The position numbers were made by a program, and so were the translations under genes. A stretch of DNA of 37,945 nt, taken from a virus (lineage: Duplodnaviria; Caudoviricetes). Shown here one piece after another: positions 1 to 9,254 of this stretch. The DNA lies in IMG/VR virus record IMGVR_UViG_3300009181_000169, positions 1 to 37,945 of that record. The stretch is one strand, 5' to 3'. The first letter of the stretch is position 1, and each line of letters starts with the position of its first letter. The notes beneath the pieces are model-generated. The model was not told where the DNA came from. It saw only the letters and a list, made by a program, of their open reading frames with translations, and did not search any database.

Positions 1-603
1 AAACGATTCAACGAGGCCTTCATTCTCATCGAAATCAACAGTATCGGGCTTCAGGTTGCAGACATTCTCCACAATGAATTGGCCTATGAGAACCTTATCA
101 AGGTTCGAAATGCTAAAGGTAAAGCCGGGCAGCAGGTCACTCCAGGTTTCACTAAGCAGATGCAGTTTGGTCTAAAGACCTCAGTACAGACAAAGAAGAT
201 TGGTTGTGCGAACCTCAAATCTCTTATCGAGAACGACAAACTAATAGTAAATGACGAAGACACGATTATGGAACTAACTACCTTCTCAGCCAGCAAAGCT
301 TCTTTTGCGGCCGAAGAAGGTAACAATGACGACCTTGTTATGACGCTGGTGAATTTTGGCTGGCTTTCAGCACAGAAATACTTCAAAGAGAGTGTCAATT
401 CTGACATTCGCAGAACGCTACAAGAAGAACAACTGAGTATCATGGACAACGATATCGTACCTTTCGGTGCTATATCTGGCTATCAAGGATCAGCAGCGGA
501 AGAATCTGAACTGATAGATGGTGACCTCTGGGTGACCGATAGGTCTAAGTTTACCATGGAGAACATGGAATTTGAGACCCTTTCGAACAAGCACAGACTG
601 TAA
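1..603 (+). CDS. gp17: Terminase large subunit, C-terminal nuclease domain (5'-partial)
   Basis: Frame is open from base 1 (KRFNEAFILIEINSIGLQVADILHNELAYENL...). Motifs KKIGCANLKSLIE and FAAEEGNNDDLVM are typical of T4-like gp17; the gene lies directly before the tail sheath gene. Confidence 0.95.
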   Translation, partial: KRFNEAFILIEINSIGLQVADILHNELAYENLIKVRNAKGKAGQQVTPGFTKQMQFGLKTSVQTKKIGCANLKSLIENDKLIVNDEDTIMELTTFSASKASFAAEEGNNDDLVMTLVNFGWLSAQKYFKESVNSDIRRTLQEEQLSIMDNDIVPFGAISGYQGSAAEESELIDGDLWVTDRSKFTMENMEFETLSNKHRL

Positions 604-614
604 ATTGCTGTTTT

Positions 615-622
615 TCTAAATA
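615..622 (+). promoter_or_regulatory. Probable T4-type late promoter (TCTAAATA variant)
   Basis: One mismatch to TATAAATA, in the intergenic gap before gp18; SD AAGGAG follows. Confidence 0.6.
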
Positions 623-663
623 AACCAGAGAAAAGTAATCTTTTCATATAAAGGAGAAATACG

Positions 664-2343
664 ATGGCATATCAATTGTCACCAGGTGTTAATGTTTCAG
701 AAATTGACCTATCTACAATCATTCCAGCAGTAGGTTCTACTCAAGCCGGTTTCGTAGGTACGTTCAGTTGGGGGCCAGCAGATGTTATTATGAACATCTC
801 AGATGAAATTGGTCTCGCCAGCACATTCGGTACACCAACCGCAAATACTTACGAATCATTCTTTACGGCCGCTAACTTCCTTGCTTATGGTAATAGCCTA
901 AGACTTCTACGTTCTGTAGGCGCAACATCAAACAATGCGGTGTCTGCAAACAGTGGAATACAGATTAAGAATAGAGACGCTTACGAATCTACATATTTGA
1001 ATGTTAAGTCAAATGCAAACACATATGGTATGTTTGCGGCTAAGTATCCAGGTGCTCTTGGAAACAGCTTGAAGGTTGCAGTTTGTGCTACAACAGCTGG
1101 TTTTGCCACATATAACTACGCTTCTCAATATAACAGCGCACCAGGCACATCTACATATGTATCAGGCGTTAGCGGTTCAAATGATGAAATGCACATCACA
1201 GTTGTTGACGAAGACGGTGTAATTACAGGTACAGCAAATACAATTCTTGAAAAGTTTGGGTATATATCAAAAGCTTCTGATGCTAAGAATGATGACGGTT
1301 CTTCAAACTACTTTGTAAACGTACTGAATGACCAGTCTAAGTATGTGTATGCCATGAATAATAGTGACAATGCTTCTTGGGGTAATACGGCACCAAACAC
1401 AACATTCGCATCAGCAAGTTCTACATATACATCATCACTAGCTAATGGTACAGATGTTTCTCCTTCAGATGGAAACCTACAGACAGGATATGATTTCTTT
1501 AAGAATTCTGATTCAGTAGATATCTCTCTAATCTTGACAGGCAGCTCTTCAAATGTTGTTTCTAAGTATGTTGTAGATAATATTGCAGAGACTCGTAGAG
1601 ACTGTGTGGTCTTCATCTCACCTAAATCAACAGACGTTGTTAATAAGAGTGGTAGTGAAGTAACAAACATCAGCGCAACAAGAAACGGTTTCAACGCTTC
1701 TTCTTATGCCTTTATGGATAACAACTGGAAGTATCAGTTCGACAAGTACAACAATGTCTATCGTTGGGTACCTTTGAACGGTGATATTGCAGGCCTCTGT
1801 GTTCGCACAGACTTTGAGCGCGATCCTTGGTTCTCACCGGCTGGTTACAACCGTGGGCAAATCAAAAACGTCACAAAGCTTGCATGGAATCCAACAAAGA
1901 GCAATCGCGATGACCTATACAAGATTGGTGTCAACTCTGTCGTAAGTTTCCAAGGTGATGGAACAATCCTTTATGGCGATAAGACAATGCTTACGAAGCC
2001 ATCAGCTTTCGACCGCATCAATGTACGTCGTCTATTCATCGTTCTTGAGAAGGCCATTGCAAGAGCATCCAAGTATTCACTATTCGAATTCAATGATGAG
2101 TTTACCCGCGCACAGTTCATATCACTAGTACAACCATATCTTCGTGATGTACAGGGTCGTCGTGGTATCTTTGATTTCCGTGTCGTGTGTGATACTTCAA
2201 ATAATACTCCTGAAGTGATCGATAGAAATGAATTTGTAGGTGACATCTATATCAAGCCTGCAAGAAGCATCAACTTCATTCAATTGAACTTTGTTGCTGT
2301 TCGCACTGGTGTGAACTTCGAGACTATTGTTGGTCGTTTCTAA
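664..2343 (+). CDS. gp18: Tail sheath protein
   Basis: N-terminal LSPGVNVSEIDL; WFSPAGYNRGQI, FDRINVRRLF, FEFNDEFTR, IYIKPARSINFIQLNF. Confidence 0.98.
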   Translation: MAYQLSPGVNVSEIDLSTIIPAVGSTQAGFVGTFSWGPADVIMNISDEIGLASTFGTPTANTYESFFTAANFLAYGNSLRLLRSVGATSNNAVSANSGIQIKNRDAYESTYLNVKSNANTYGMFAAKYPGALGNSLKVAVCATTAGFATYNYASQYNSAPGTSTYVSGVSGSNDEMHITVVDEDGVITGTANTILEKFGYISKASDAKNDDGSSNYFVNVLNDQSKYVYAMNNSDNASWGNTAPNTTFASASSTYTSSLANGTDVSPSDGNLQTGYDFFKNSDSVDISLILTGSSSNVVSKYVVDNIAETRRDCVVFISPKSTDVVNKSGSEVTNISATRNGFNASSYAFMDNNWKYQFDKYNNVYRWVPLNGDIAGLCVRTDFERDPWFSPAGYNRGQIKNVTKLAWNPTKSNRDDLYKIGVNSVVSFQGDGTILYGDKTMLTKPSAFDRINVRRLFIVLEKAIARASKYSLFEFNDEFTRAQFISLVQPYLRDVQGRRGIFDFRVVCDTSNNTPEVIDRNEFVGDIYIKPARSINFIQLNFVAVRTGVNFETIVGRF

Positions 2344-2349
2344 TACAAA

Positions 2350-2357
2350 CATAAATA
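2350..2357 (+). promoter_or_regulatory. T4-type late promoter (CATAAATA)
   Basis: ATAAATA core in the gp18-gp19 gap, upstream of SD TAAGGAG. Confidence 0.7.
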
Positions 2358-2377
2358 GAGATAAGGAGTAATATCAA

Positions 2378-2971
2378 ATGGCTTTCAATGTCCAACAGTT
2401 TAGATCACAGCTAACAGGTGACGGCGCACGCCCAAACCTGTTTCAGTGTACACTAACTTTTCCTACACTAGCTTCTTCAGGTGGTGCAACATCACCTGGA
2501 GGCGTTCAAGATAACGTAAACCTAACCGAGAAGTTTACGTTCATGGCAAGAGCAGCACAGCTACCAGGTTCTACTGTAAATCAAATTCCAGTTAACTACT
2601 TTGGCCGTGAACTCAAGTTTTCAGGCAACAGAACTTTCCCAGAGTGGACAGTAACCATCATCAACGATGAAGACTTCCGCCTTCGTAACGCATTCGAAAA
2701 GTGGATGCACGGTTTGAACTCTCATGTAACTAATACACGAGGCGCTTCATTCCAGAACTCACTTGATTATCAGCAAGATGCTGTAGTTACTCAGTTTGGT
2801 AAGGCCGGTAACATCATCAAGCAGTATCAGCTTGTAGGTATGTTCCCAATCGACGTATCACCAATCGAACTAGATTGGGGTTCTAATGATACCATCGAAG
2901 AGTATGCAGTAACCTTCGCTTATCAGTGGTGGGAAAGCAATACGACTGAGACTTCATTCAGAAATATCTAA
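2378..2971 (+). CDS. gp19: Tail tube protein
   Basis: GARPNLF, AAQLPGS, GNRTFPEWTVTIINDEDF, IELDWGSNDTIEEYAVTFAYQWW. Confidence 0.97.
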   Translation: MAFNVQQFRSQLTGDGARPNLFQCTLTFPTLASSGGATSPGGVQDNVNLTEKFTFMARAAQLPGSTVNQIPVNYFGRELKFSGNRTFPEWTVTIINDEDFRLRNAFEKWMHGLNSHVTNTRGASFQNSLDYQQDAVVTQFGKAGNIIKQYQLVGMFPIDVSPIELDWGSNDTIEEYAVTFAYQWWESNTTETSFRNI

Positions 2972-2982
2972 CATACATAAGA

Positions 2983-3014
2983 TAGTAGGGAGGATTCTCT
3001 CCCTACTACTTTTC
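2983..3014 (+). terminator. Stem-loop, probable intrinsic terminator after gp19
   Basis: TAGTAGGGAG / CTCCCTACTA 10-bp stem followed by CTTTTT. Confidence 0.65.
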
Positions 3015-3030
3015 TCGGAGTAGTTTATTA

Positions 3031-4728
3031 ATGGCAACCTTATTTGGTTTTGAGATCAGCCGTAAAAAAAATCAAGTACAACAAGACGAGCAAAGTAAGA
3101 CATTTGCTGTACCTCAGAATGATGATGGTGCAGTTACCATTCAGTCAGGTTCCTATTATGGCACCTATGTAGACCTTGATGGTGTTGTTCGTAACGAGAT
3201 TGAACTTATCACTCGTTATCGCGAAATGTCTATGCAGCCTGAGCTTGAAACTGCTATTGATGAAATCGTCAACGAAGCTATCGTCAACGATGAAAACGGT
3301 AAAGGTGTCGAGTTAAACACTGATGATCTAAAACAACCAGAGCAAATTAAAAAGAAGATCAGAGATGAGTTTGAGTTTATTCTCAAACTTCTCGACTTTG
3401 GTAATATGGGCCATGACCTATTCCGCCGTTGGTATATCGACGGGCGATTGTTCTATCACATCGTTATCGATGATAAGAGACCGACACTTGGTATCAAAGA
3501 AGTAAGATATATCGATCCACGCAGAATCCGTAAAATTCGTGAGATTCAAAAGACCCGTGATCCAGTAAGTGGTATGGATATCATCAAGCGTCAGAATGAA
3601 TACTATCTATATAACGAACGCGGTGTTGTCGGCGCTCACTCTAACTTGGGCGCTAAGATTGCCGTTGATGCTATCGTAAATGTCAATTCAGGGCTTATGG
3701 ATGCTAAGAGAGCGATGGTTCTTTCTTACCTACATAAGGCCATCAAGCCACTCAACCAGCTAAGAATGGTTGAAGACGCAACCGTTATCTACCGTCTCTC
3801 TCGCGCACCTGAGCGCCGTGTGTTCTATGTTGACGTTGGTAATATGCCAACCATCAAAGCTGAACAGTATCTAAAAGATATCATGACCAAGTATCGCAAT
3901 AAGCTGGTTTATGACTCAAGTACAGGTGAAATCAAAGACGACCGTAAGCACCTTTCTATGCTTGAAGATTTCTGGTTGCCTCGCCGCGAAGGTTCGAAAG
4001 GTACAGAAATCACCACTCTTGCTGGCGGTATGAATCTTGGTGAACTAGAAGACGTTAAGTATTTTGAAAAGAAGCTCTACAAGTCTCTTGGTGTTCCTAC
4101 TTCAAGACTAGAATCACAGCAAGGGTTTTCACTTGGCCGTTCTACAGAAGTAACCAGAGATGAGCTAAAGTTCAATAAGTTCATTCAGAGACTTCGCAAC
4201 AAGTTCTCTATTCTATTTGATGACCTTCTTCGTGTACAGCTAGTACTCAAGCGCATTTGTACCGAAGAAGAGTGGAAAGAATTCAAAGAAGACGTATGGT
4301 ATGACTTTAAGAAAGACAACAACTTCCAAGAACTAAAAGAAGCTGAGTTGATGACTAATCGTCTCACTCTCCTTCAGGTGGTTGATCCTTATGTTGGGCG
4401 TTATTACTCGATGGAGTGGGTTCGTAAGAATGTTCTTCAGCAATCAGATGATGATATTCTTGAGATTAACGAACAGATTGCCAAAGAGCAAGCATCGGCT
4501 GCACCTACAGGGCCGGTTGATGCTATGGGCAACCCAATCGATCCTAATGCACTACCACCTACAACCGCTCAGGCCGCCGCAGCTGGTGGGCCACCTCAAA
4601 TGAACCAAATGCCTGCTGGTGCACCTCAAGCAAAACAACTAGCACCACCAGATGGTTCAGTTCCATTACAAGAAGAACAACCTCCATCTAAGTTTGAACT
4701 TCAAGAAAATGAATTGGAATTTGCATAA
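3031..4728 (+). CDS. gp20: Portal vertex protein
   Basis: FRRWYIDGR, SYLHKAIKPLNQLRMVEDA, RAPERRVFYVDVGNMP, EDFWLPRREG, TRDELKF; Pro/Gln/Ala-rich C-terminal tail. Confidence 0.98.
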   Translation: MATLFGFEISRKKNQVQQDEQSKTFAVPQNDDGAVTIQSGSYYGTYVDLDGVVRNEIELITRYREMSMQPELETAIDEIVNEAIVNDENGKGVELNTDDLKQPEQIKKKIRDEFEFILKLLDFGNMGHDLFRRWYIDGRLFYHIVIDDKRPTLGIKEVRYIDPRRIRKIREIQKTRDPVSGMDIIKRQNEYYLYNERGVVGAHSNLGAKIAVDAIVNVNSGLMDAKRAMVLSYLHKAIKPLNQLRMVEDATVIYRLSRAPERRVFYVDVGNMPTIKAEQYLKDIMTKYRNKLVYDSSTGEIKDDRKHLSMLEDFWLPRREGSKGTEITTLAGGMNLGELEDVKYFEKKLYKSLGVPTSRLESQQGFSLGRSTEVTRDELKFNKFIQRLRNKFSILFDDLLRVQLVLKRICTEEEWKEFKEDVWYDFKKDNNFQELKEAELMTNRLTLLQVVDPYVGRYYSMEWVRKNVLQQSDDDILEINEQIAKEQASAAPTGPVDAMGNPIDPNALPPTTAQAAAAGGPPQMNQMPAGAPQAKQLAPPDGSVPLQEEQPPSKFELQENELEFA

Positions 4729-5597
4729 TGTTGAAGAAGTTTAACGAGTATCTCAGTGAAGATTTAGGTGGTGCTCTAATAGAACCAACATCTGATGCGT
4801 CTGCACAGGCTAAGAAGCTTGGTTTGCAGTATGTTGGATTTGGTCGCTACGAAGATCCAAAGACACAGCAGATTACACATATCGTACAGAACGAAAGATT
4901 AGTTCCATTTAGCAAGGCTGTCAAGAGCAATACATTCAAGGCGGCCAGTAAAGATGACTACGGTACATATACTAAACAGAAGATGCCTGAAATTGAGCAG
5001 ATGCAGAACTATCTGGTCGATTACTATAAGCCAGAGAAGTTTACAGAGCAAGAACTAGCAGCGGTCGAAGACTATACGGCCGAGAGCTTCTATGATATTA
5101 ATCAGAAGCTATACTCACTACCAACTGGTATCAAGGCTAAAGAGATTCAACCAGAAACAGAATATGATACTACACCACAAGAGATTGCTAACCTAGATAC
5201 CGCACTCGATAAGATGAAGACACCGGTAGAGTTTCTGAGCTATGTTGGATTAGGCACTAAGTATGATATCACCAACTTTATTCCTGGCAAGACATTCTCA
5301 TTCAAAGGTTATCGTTCAACGACAATCAATCCTAATATTGCATTGAACTATAACAGCCGAGTCAACAAAGACCTTCAGAGAAAACAGACAGTCATGCTAC
5401 AGATTCGTATACCTAAAGGTTCAAAAGGTTTGTTTGCAGAAGACTTCTCTGCTAATCCTGGTGAGTCTGAGTTTTTGCTACCAAGAGGATCGAAGGTAAA
5501 AGTGGTTGGTGGCCCAAACAAGCTAGTTGGCAGCAATGCTTACACCGGTGATGCTGGGCTTGAAGTGCTTTACTTTGATTGTATCCTCGTTAAATAA
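4728..5597 (+). CDS. ADP-ribosyltransferase (VIP2/Alt-like, R-S-E clade) with capsid-targeting-like N-terminus
   Basis: DYT...INQKL helix, GYRSTT (S-T-S-like), LQIRIPKGSKG, GESEFLLPRG (E-x-E). N-terminus MLKKFNEYLSE; start overlaps the portal stop (TAATG). Confidence 0.85.
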   Translation: MLKKFNEYLSEDLGGALIEPTSDASAQAKKLGLQYVGFGRYEDPKTQQITHIVQNERLVPFSKAVKSNTFKAASKDDYGTYTKQKMPEIEQMQNYLVDYYKPEKFTEQELAAVEDYTAESFYDINQKLYSLPTGIKAKEIQPETEYDTTPQEIANLDTALDKMKTPVEFLSYVGLGTKYDITNFIPGKTFSFKGYRSTTINPNIALNYNSRVNKDLQRKQTVMLQIRIPKGSKGLFAEDFSANPGESEFLLPRGSKVKVVGGPNKLVGSNAYTGDAGLEVLYFDCILVK

Positions 5598-5600
5598 ATA
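5593..5600 (+). promoter_or_regulatory. T4-type late promoter (AATAAATA)
   Basis: ATAAATA core overlapping the ART stop, ahead of SD AAGGAG at about 5615-5620. Confidence 0.65.
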
Positions 5601-5627
5601 TACCTAGTCACTAAAAGGAGCAGTAAA

Positions 5628-5777
5628 ATGCAAATCCAAGAAGCTATCAAAAACATCCGCGAGAAGAAGTTAGAGCAGATGAAAGAAAACTTCAATTCGG
5701 CTATCACATCTAAGGCTGTGGAAAAGCTAGAAGAGAAGAAGATTGAAATTGCTAAGAACTACTTTGGGCAAAAGTAA
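5628..5777 (+). CDS. gp67: Small prohead core protein, gp67-like (49 aa; not in the ORF track)
   Basis: Strong SD. MQIQEAIKNIREKKLEQMKENFNSAITSKAVEKLEEKKIEIAKNYFGQK matches the gp67 pattern (...LEE.KI.IA.N.F), in the expected position after the portal gene. Confidence 0.75.
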   Translation: MQIQEAIKNIREKKLEQMKENFNSAITSKAVEKLEEKKIEIAKNYFGQK

Positions 5778-5783
5778 TAGATC

Positions 5784-8126
5784 ATGAAAAAGATTGGACG
5801 AATCAGAGAAGATTACGACATCATCACCGAAAAAGATGATTCCGATACACGCAAGCTAACATCGCTTGTTCGTGCTGGTTTGTTCGATCAAAATAAACTA
5901 CCAATGCTTAAACGTGCATTGCAAAAAGATCCATCTAAGCTAACAATGGCAGAACGTAAAGGTCTGCTTGAGCTATTGGATTCTCTTATGTCGCAAGTAC
6001 TACACTCACAATCTGTTTACTCAAAGGTCAAACAGAATGTTGGTACCGATATGAATGAGGCTGTAAAAGACCACTATGGTGTAGACCCTCGTTTTGGTAA
6101 TTCTGCGGCCGTATCTGAGCGAGATATGCCAACCATCATTATCTTGAAGCGTAAGTCTATTCGTGTATATCCTGACAATCAGAAAGTTGGCCTTTATTAT
6201 TCACAGTATCTAGACCGCTATGTTGCTATTCCTTTTGGTATGTCTAAAAAGAATGCACCATTCACAGCTATCAATGAAGAACTAGATGAAGCTGTTAATT
6301 GGCACGCAGCAGCACAAGATTACTTCAAAGATAATCCTGAAGATTCTGATAAAAAGACAAAAGAAAAACTCAACATTCATCCATCTCAATTTGAAGATGA
6401 TGAAGATAGAGCAAAGCACATCGAAAAGTTAAAGAAGTTTGTTACACAGAAAGCTGCTCAAGGTAAAATTAGATCAATTCACTATTCTGGTGTCACATCA
6501 AAATATTTGGGTGGTGATGCAGAAAAGAGAAGCTTGAAGAAAACTGCTAATAAAGAGTTCAACAAATCATCTAGCTTTATGGATTATGCAGCAGGCCATA
6601 CAGGTGTTGCAGTAGGTAATGCTGTTCGTAAGGTCGCTCATGGTTTAAGAGATAAGATTAGAGCTATTAGAAATAAGCCAGTTGGTGATGCGAAGTATGC
6701 AAATGCACCAAAGATACCTAAGATAGAAGAACCTAAGAAAGAAGTACCAGCACCTGCTCAAGAACCAAAGAAGTCAGGATTTAACATGAAGTTAAAAGAT
6801 GTTAAACCGCCTAAAGTGCAAGAACCATCACAGGCACCAAAAACTCCTGTAACTTCTACATCAGGTAAAGCAACTGCCAGTTTTGGAGGTTCTATGTCTT
6901 CTCCTATTACAGCAAGAGTTTTAGCACCAGCTCAACAAACATCAACAACTCCTAAAGTAAAGCAAACACCTTCAAAACCAGAATCTAATAAAGAAAATTT
7001 GAGACCAATTCAACAGGCTCTAAAGAAAAAATGGCGCCCGTCTAAGCGTCGTGAAGAAGTTAATATCAAAGAATCATTTAGACGAAAGGTTGCTGAAAAG
7101 CGAAAGATTGAAGAAGTATCTCTTGGAGATGTGGCAGATACGGCCGCCGACATTGCAGTACCTTTCTACAGCGCAGCTAAAAATCTAAAACAAGGTAATT
7201 ATGGTAAAGCTGCGGTTGATGCCGCTATCGATGTTGGTGCTGGTCTCGCTACACCATTTACAGCTGGTGCATCGTGGGCCGCCCGCATGGGAGCAAAAAG
7301 TGCTATTAAGGCTGGCGAAAAAATTGCCGCTCATGGTGCTGAAACTGCGGCCGCCAAGGGTATAGAAAGAGGTGCGGTTAAGGCTGGTGAAAAAGCAGGT
7401 GAGCAAGCTGTAGTAAAAGATACTGAAAAGGCTGTTGCTAAACCAGCAAGCGTTGCTTCCAAAGTTGGTGGTACACTTGCTAAAGGTGCTGGCAAAACAT
7501 TGAAGCTTGGTGGTAAAATTCTCAAAGGCGCAGCATTAATTGGTGCTGGGCTTGCAGCAGGTGCTGGTTCATCATCAGCCAACGACGATAAGAAAGAGTT
7601 ATCACCAGCTAAATTTGGTATGAACGTCAAAACAAACAAACCAGAAGCTGCTGGTACCAAGACAGGTGTTGATACAAGAACATCAAATCTATACAGAAAG
7701 TCTTTTGAAGGTTCTATGAAAGAAGAGACGGCTAAAGATGATGAAGATAAGACTAAAACTTCAACACCTCGTCGTTTTTTAAAACCGGCCGCAGCTTCTA
7801 ATAGTAAAGTTAAAATCAGCGCACCTAAACCAGCTGGTGTAACCACTGGTGTTGATGCTCGTATGCGTAAGTATGAGCGTGACTTCTACGGGCAACAAAA
7901 CGAAAGTGTAATGTCACAGATTATGACCATGGTCAATGAAGATGTGACGGAAATGCAACTAAATATAGGTGAAAACACCTTGAAGATAAATAATACAATA
8001 GCTAAGAAAGTTGTTGGTGTCTACGAGTCGCTGAACACCGAAAACAAGAAGAAGATGGAAGATATGCTCAATGAGGGTACAACCGAATCTTTCATGAAGC
8101 TCATCAATTTCGCAGTAAGGCAATAA
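5784..8126 (+). CDS. Large putative internal head/prohead-core polyprotein
   Basis: 780 aa in the head cluster, with many (I/L/M)-x-E sites (IRE, ITE, MNE, INE, LDE, IKE, IEE, MKE), a Lys/Pro-rich linker, an Ala/Gly-rich segment and a C-terminal VYESLNTENKKKMEDML domain. Confidence 0.6.
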   Translation: MKKIGRIREDYDIITEKDDSDTRKLTSLVRAGLFDQNKLPMLKRALQKDPSKLTMAERKGLLELLDSLMSQVLHSQSVYSKVKQNVGTDMNEAVKDHYGVDPRFGNSAAVSERDMPTIIILKRKSIRVYPDNQKVGLYYSQYLDRYVAIPFGMSKKNAPFTAINEELDEAVNWHAAAQDYFKDNPEDSDKKTKEKLNIHPSQFEDDEDRAKHIEKLKKFVTQKAAQGKIRSIHYSGVTSKYLGGDAEKRSLKKTANKEFNKSSSFMDYAAGHTGVAVGNAVRKVAHGLRDKIRAIRNKPVGDAKYANAPKIPKIEEPKKEVPAPAQEPKKSGFNMKLKDVKPPKVQEPSQAPKTPVTSTSGKATASFGGSMSSPITARVLAPAQQTSTTPKVKQTPSKPESNKENLRPIQQALKKKWRPSKRREEVNIKESFRRKVAEKRKIEEVSLGDVADTAADIAVPFYSAAKNLKQGNYGKAAVDAAIDVGAGLATPFTAGASWAARMGAKSAIKAGEKIAAHGAETAAAKGIERGAVKAGEKAGEQAVVKDTEKAVAKPASVASKVGGTLAKGAGKTLKLGGKILKGAALIGAGLAAGAGSSSANDDKKELSPAKFGMNVKTNKPEAAGTKTGVDTRTSNLYRKSFEGSMKEETAKDDEDKTKTSTPRRFLKPAAASNSKVKISAPKPAGVTTGVDARMRKYERDFYGQQNESVMSQIMTMVNEDVTEMQLNIGENTLKINNTIAKKVVGVYESLNTENKKKMEDMLNEGTTESFMKLINFAVRQ
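7638..7862 (+). repeat. Two imperfect peptide repeats inside the 780-aa protein
   Basis: KPEAAGTKTGVDTR (7638-7679) and PKPAGVTTGVDAR (7824-7862); DNA core GCTGGT...ACWGGTGTTGAT. Confidence 0.6.
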
Positions 8127-8129
8127 AAA

Positions 8130-8630
8130 ATGGCAAATGTAATCAGAGAACAGAGACTTATTGATAATCAAAAGAGAACCCTTGTCAAGTATGTGGCCAC
8201 TCTTGATACGGCCGCAGCCAATACTATTTTGCTCGATACATCTTCTCTTAGATTCTCTCTCAATACTAGTGGTCAGGTCATGACCGCCAATACCAATATC
8301 AAAGGTAACTATAGAACAACTATCAAGCGCATCTATGGGCAAGCCAAGGCCAACGCATACTTTAAAATTTTGTGGCAAGGTTCAAATACAGCCGATATCA
8401 TCACCATCAATACAGGAAACTTCGACTATAGTTTTGATTCTATGGGTGATGGTGCGGTTATTGCTAATCCAGAAACAACCAGTAACGGTAACATTCTTCT
8501 AAATGTTGTTACACCATCTTCAGCAGATACTCTCACACTATTCATCGACCTTCGTAAAGATAACAGAGACTATGACGCCGGGCAGACAGCAGACCCTGTA
8601 GCATTCAATAGAGGGCCAGCAGCTCCATGA
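8130..8630 (+). CDS. Hypothetical virion/head-cluster protein
   Basis: 166-aa beta-rich ORF between the head core genes; no family recognised. Confidence 0.7.
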   Translation: MANVIREQRLIDNQKRTLVKYVATLDTAAANTILLDTSSLRFSLNTSGQVMTANTNIKGNYRTTIKRIYGQAKANAYFKILWQGSNTADIITINTGNFDYSFDSMGDGAVIANPETTSNGNILLNVVTPSSADTLTLFIDLRKDNRDYDAGQTADPVAFNRGPAAP

Positions 8631-9253
8631 AGCTAGTAGAAGCAATCGATAGTAAGAACTTCGAATCTGCAAATGATCTTCTTGCTGAAAAATTTCATAG
8701 TATTATGGAACGCAAGATGTTTGAAGTTAAGAAAATGGTTGCAGCAGAGATGTGTGGGCAAGGTTCAGGTTTTGCTCGCACCAAGAATGAAAAGCTAGTA
8801 GACCAAGATGTACTAGAAGAAGAACCTAGTACAGGCGAAGAGAGTTCAATGGCTCGTTCTGAGCTAGCCTCTATTGCAAAAAATGCCAAATCTATTATGG
8901 CTAAAGTTAAAGGCAATAAAGAGCTTGAAGCCTGGACACAATCAAAGATAACGAAGGCCGCTGACTATATGACTTCTGTATCTGACTATATGGATAGTGA
9001 AAAGTTAGATGAAGCTCGTGTTAATATTATCAAGGCTCGTATTCGTGGTGGTAAAATTCAACGCCGTAAGAGAGTATCAAACGTACCTGGGTTTACTCTT
9101 CGCGGTGGTAAGCTTACTCGTATGTCCGCTTCTGAGCGTAGACGCCGCAAGCTAGGTGCAAGAGTGGCCGCTAGAAAATCCAAACAGAAGCATTCACAGA
9201 TTCAGCGCAAGCGTAAACTGTCGCTAGTAAAAAGATCAAGATTAGGAATATAA
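8627..9253 (+). CDS. gp68: Prohead core protein gp68, fused to a gp67-like N-terminus and an inserted helical domain
   Basis: Arg/Lys-rich C-terminus (RMSASERRRRKLGAR...RKRKLSLVKRSRLGI) typical of gp68; immediately before gp21. Confidence 0.8.
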   Translation: MKLVEAIDSKNFESANDLLAEKFHSIMERKMFEVKKMVAAEMCGQGSGFARTKNEKLVDQDVLEEEPSTGEESSMARSELASIAKNAKSIMAKVKGNKELEAWTQSKITKAADYMTSVSDYMDSEKLDEARVNIIKARIRGGKIQRRKRVSNVPGFTLRGGKLTRMSASERRRRKLGARVAARKSKQKHSQIQRKRKLSLVKRSRLGI

Positions 9254-9254
9254 G

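Noticed and set aside
5628-5777. Immunity/antitoxin gene for the ART
   Set aside because: Sequence and position fit gp67, and it has its own late promoter.
7331-7846. 171-aa minus-strand ORF with a signal-peptide-like start
   Set aside because: Antisense mirror of the Ala/Gly/Lys-rich tract of the 780-aa gene; no independent expression signals.
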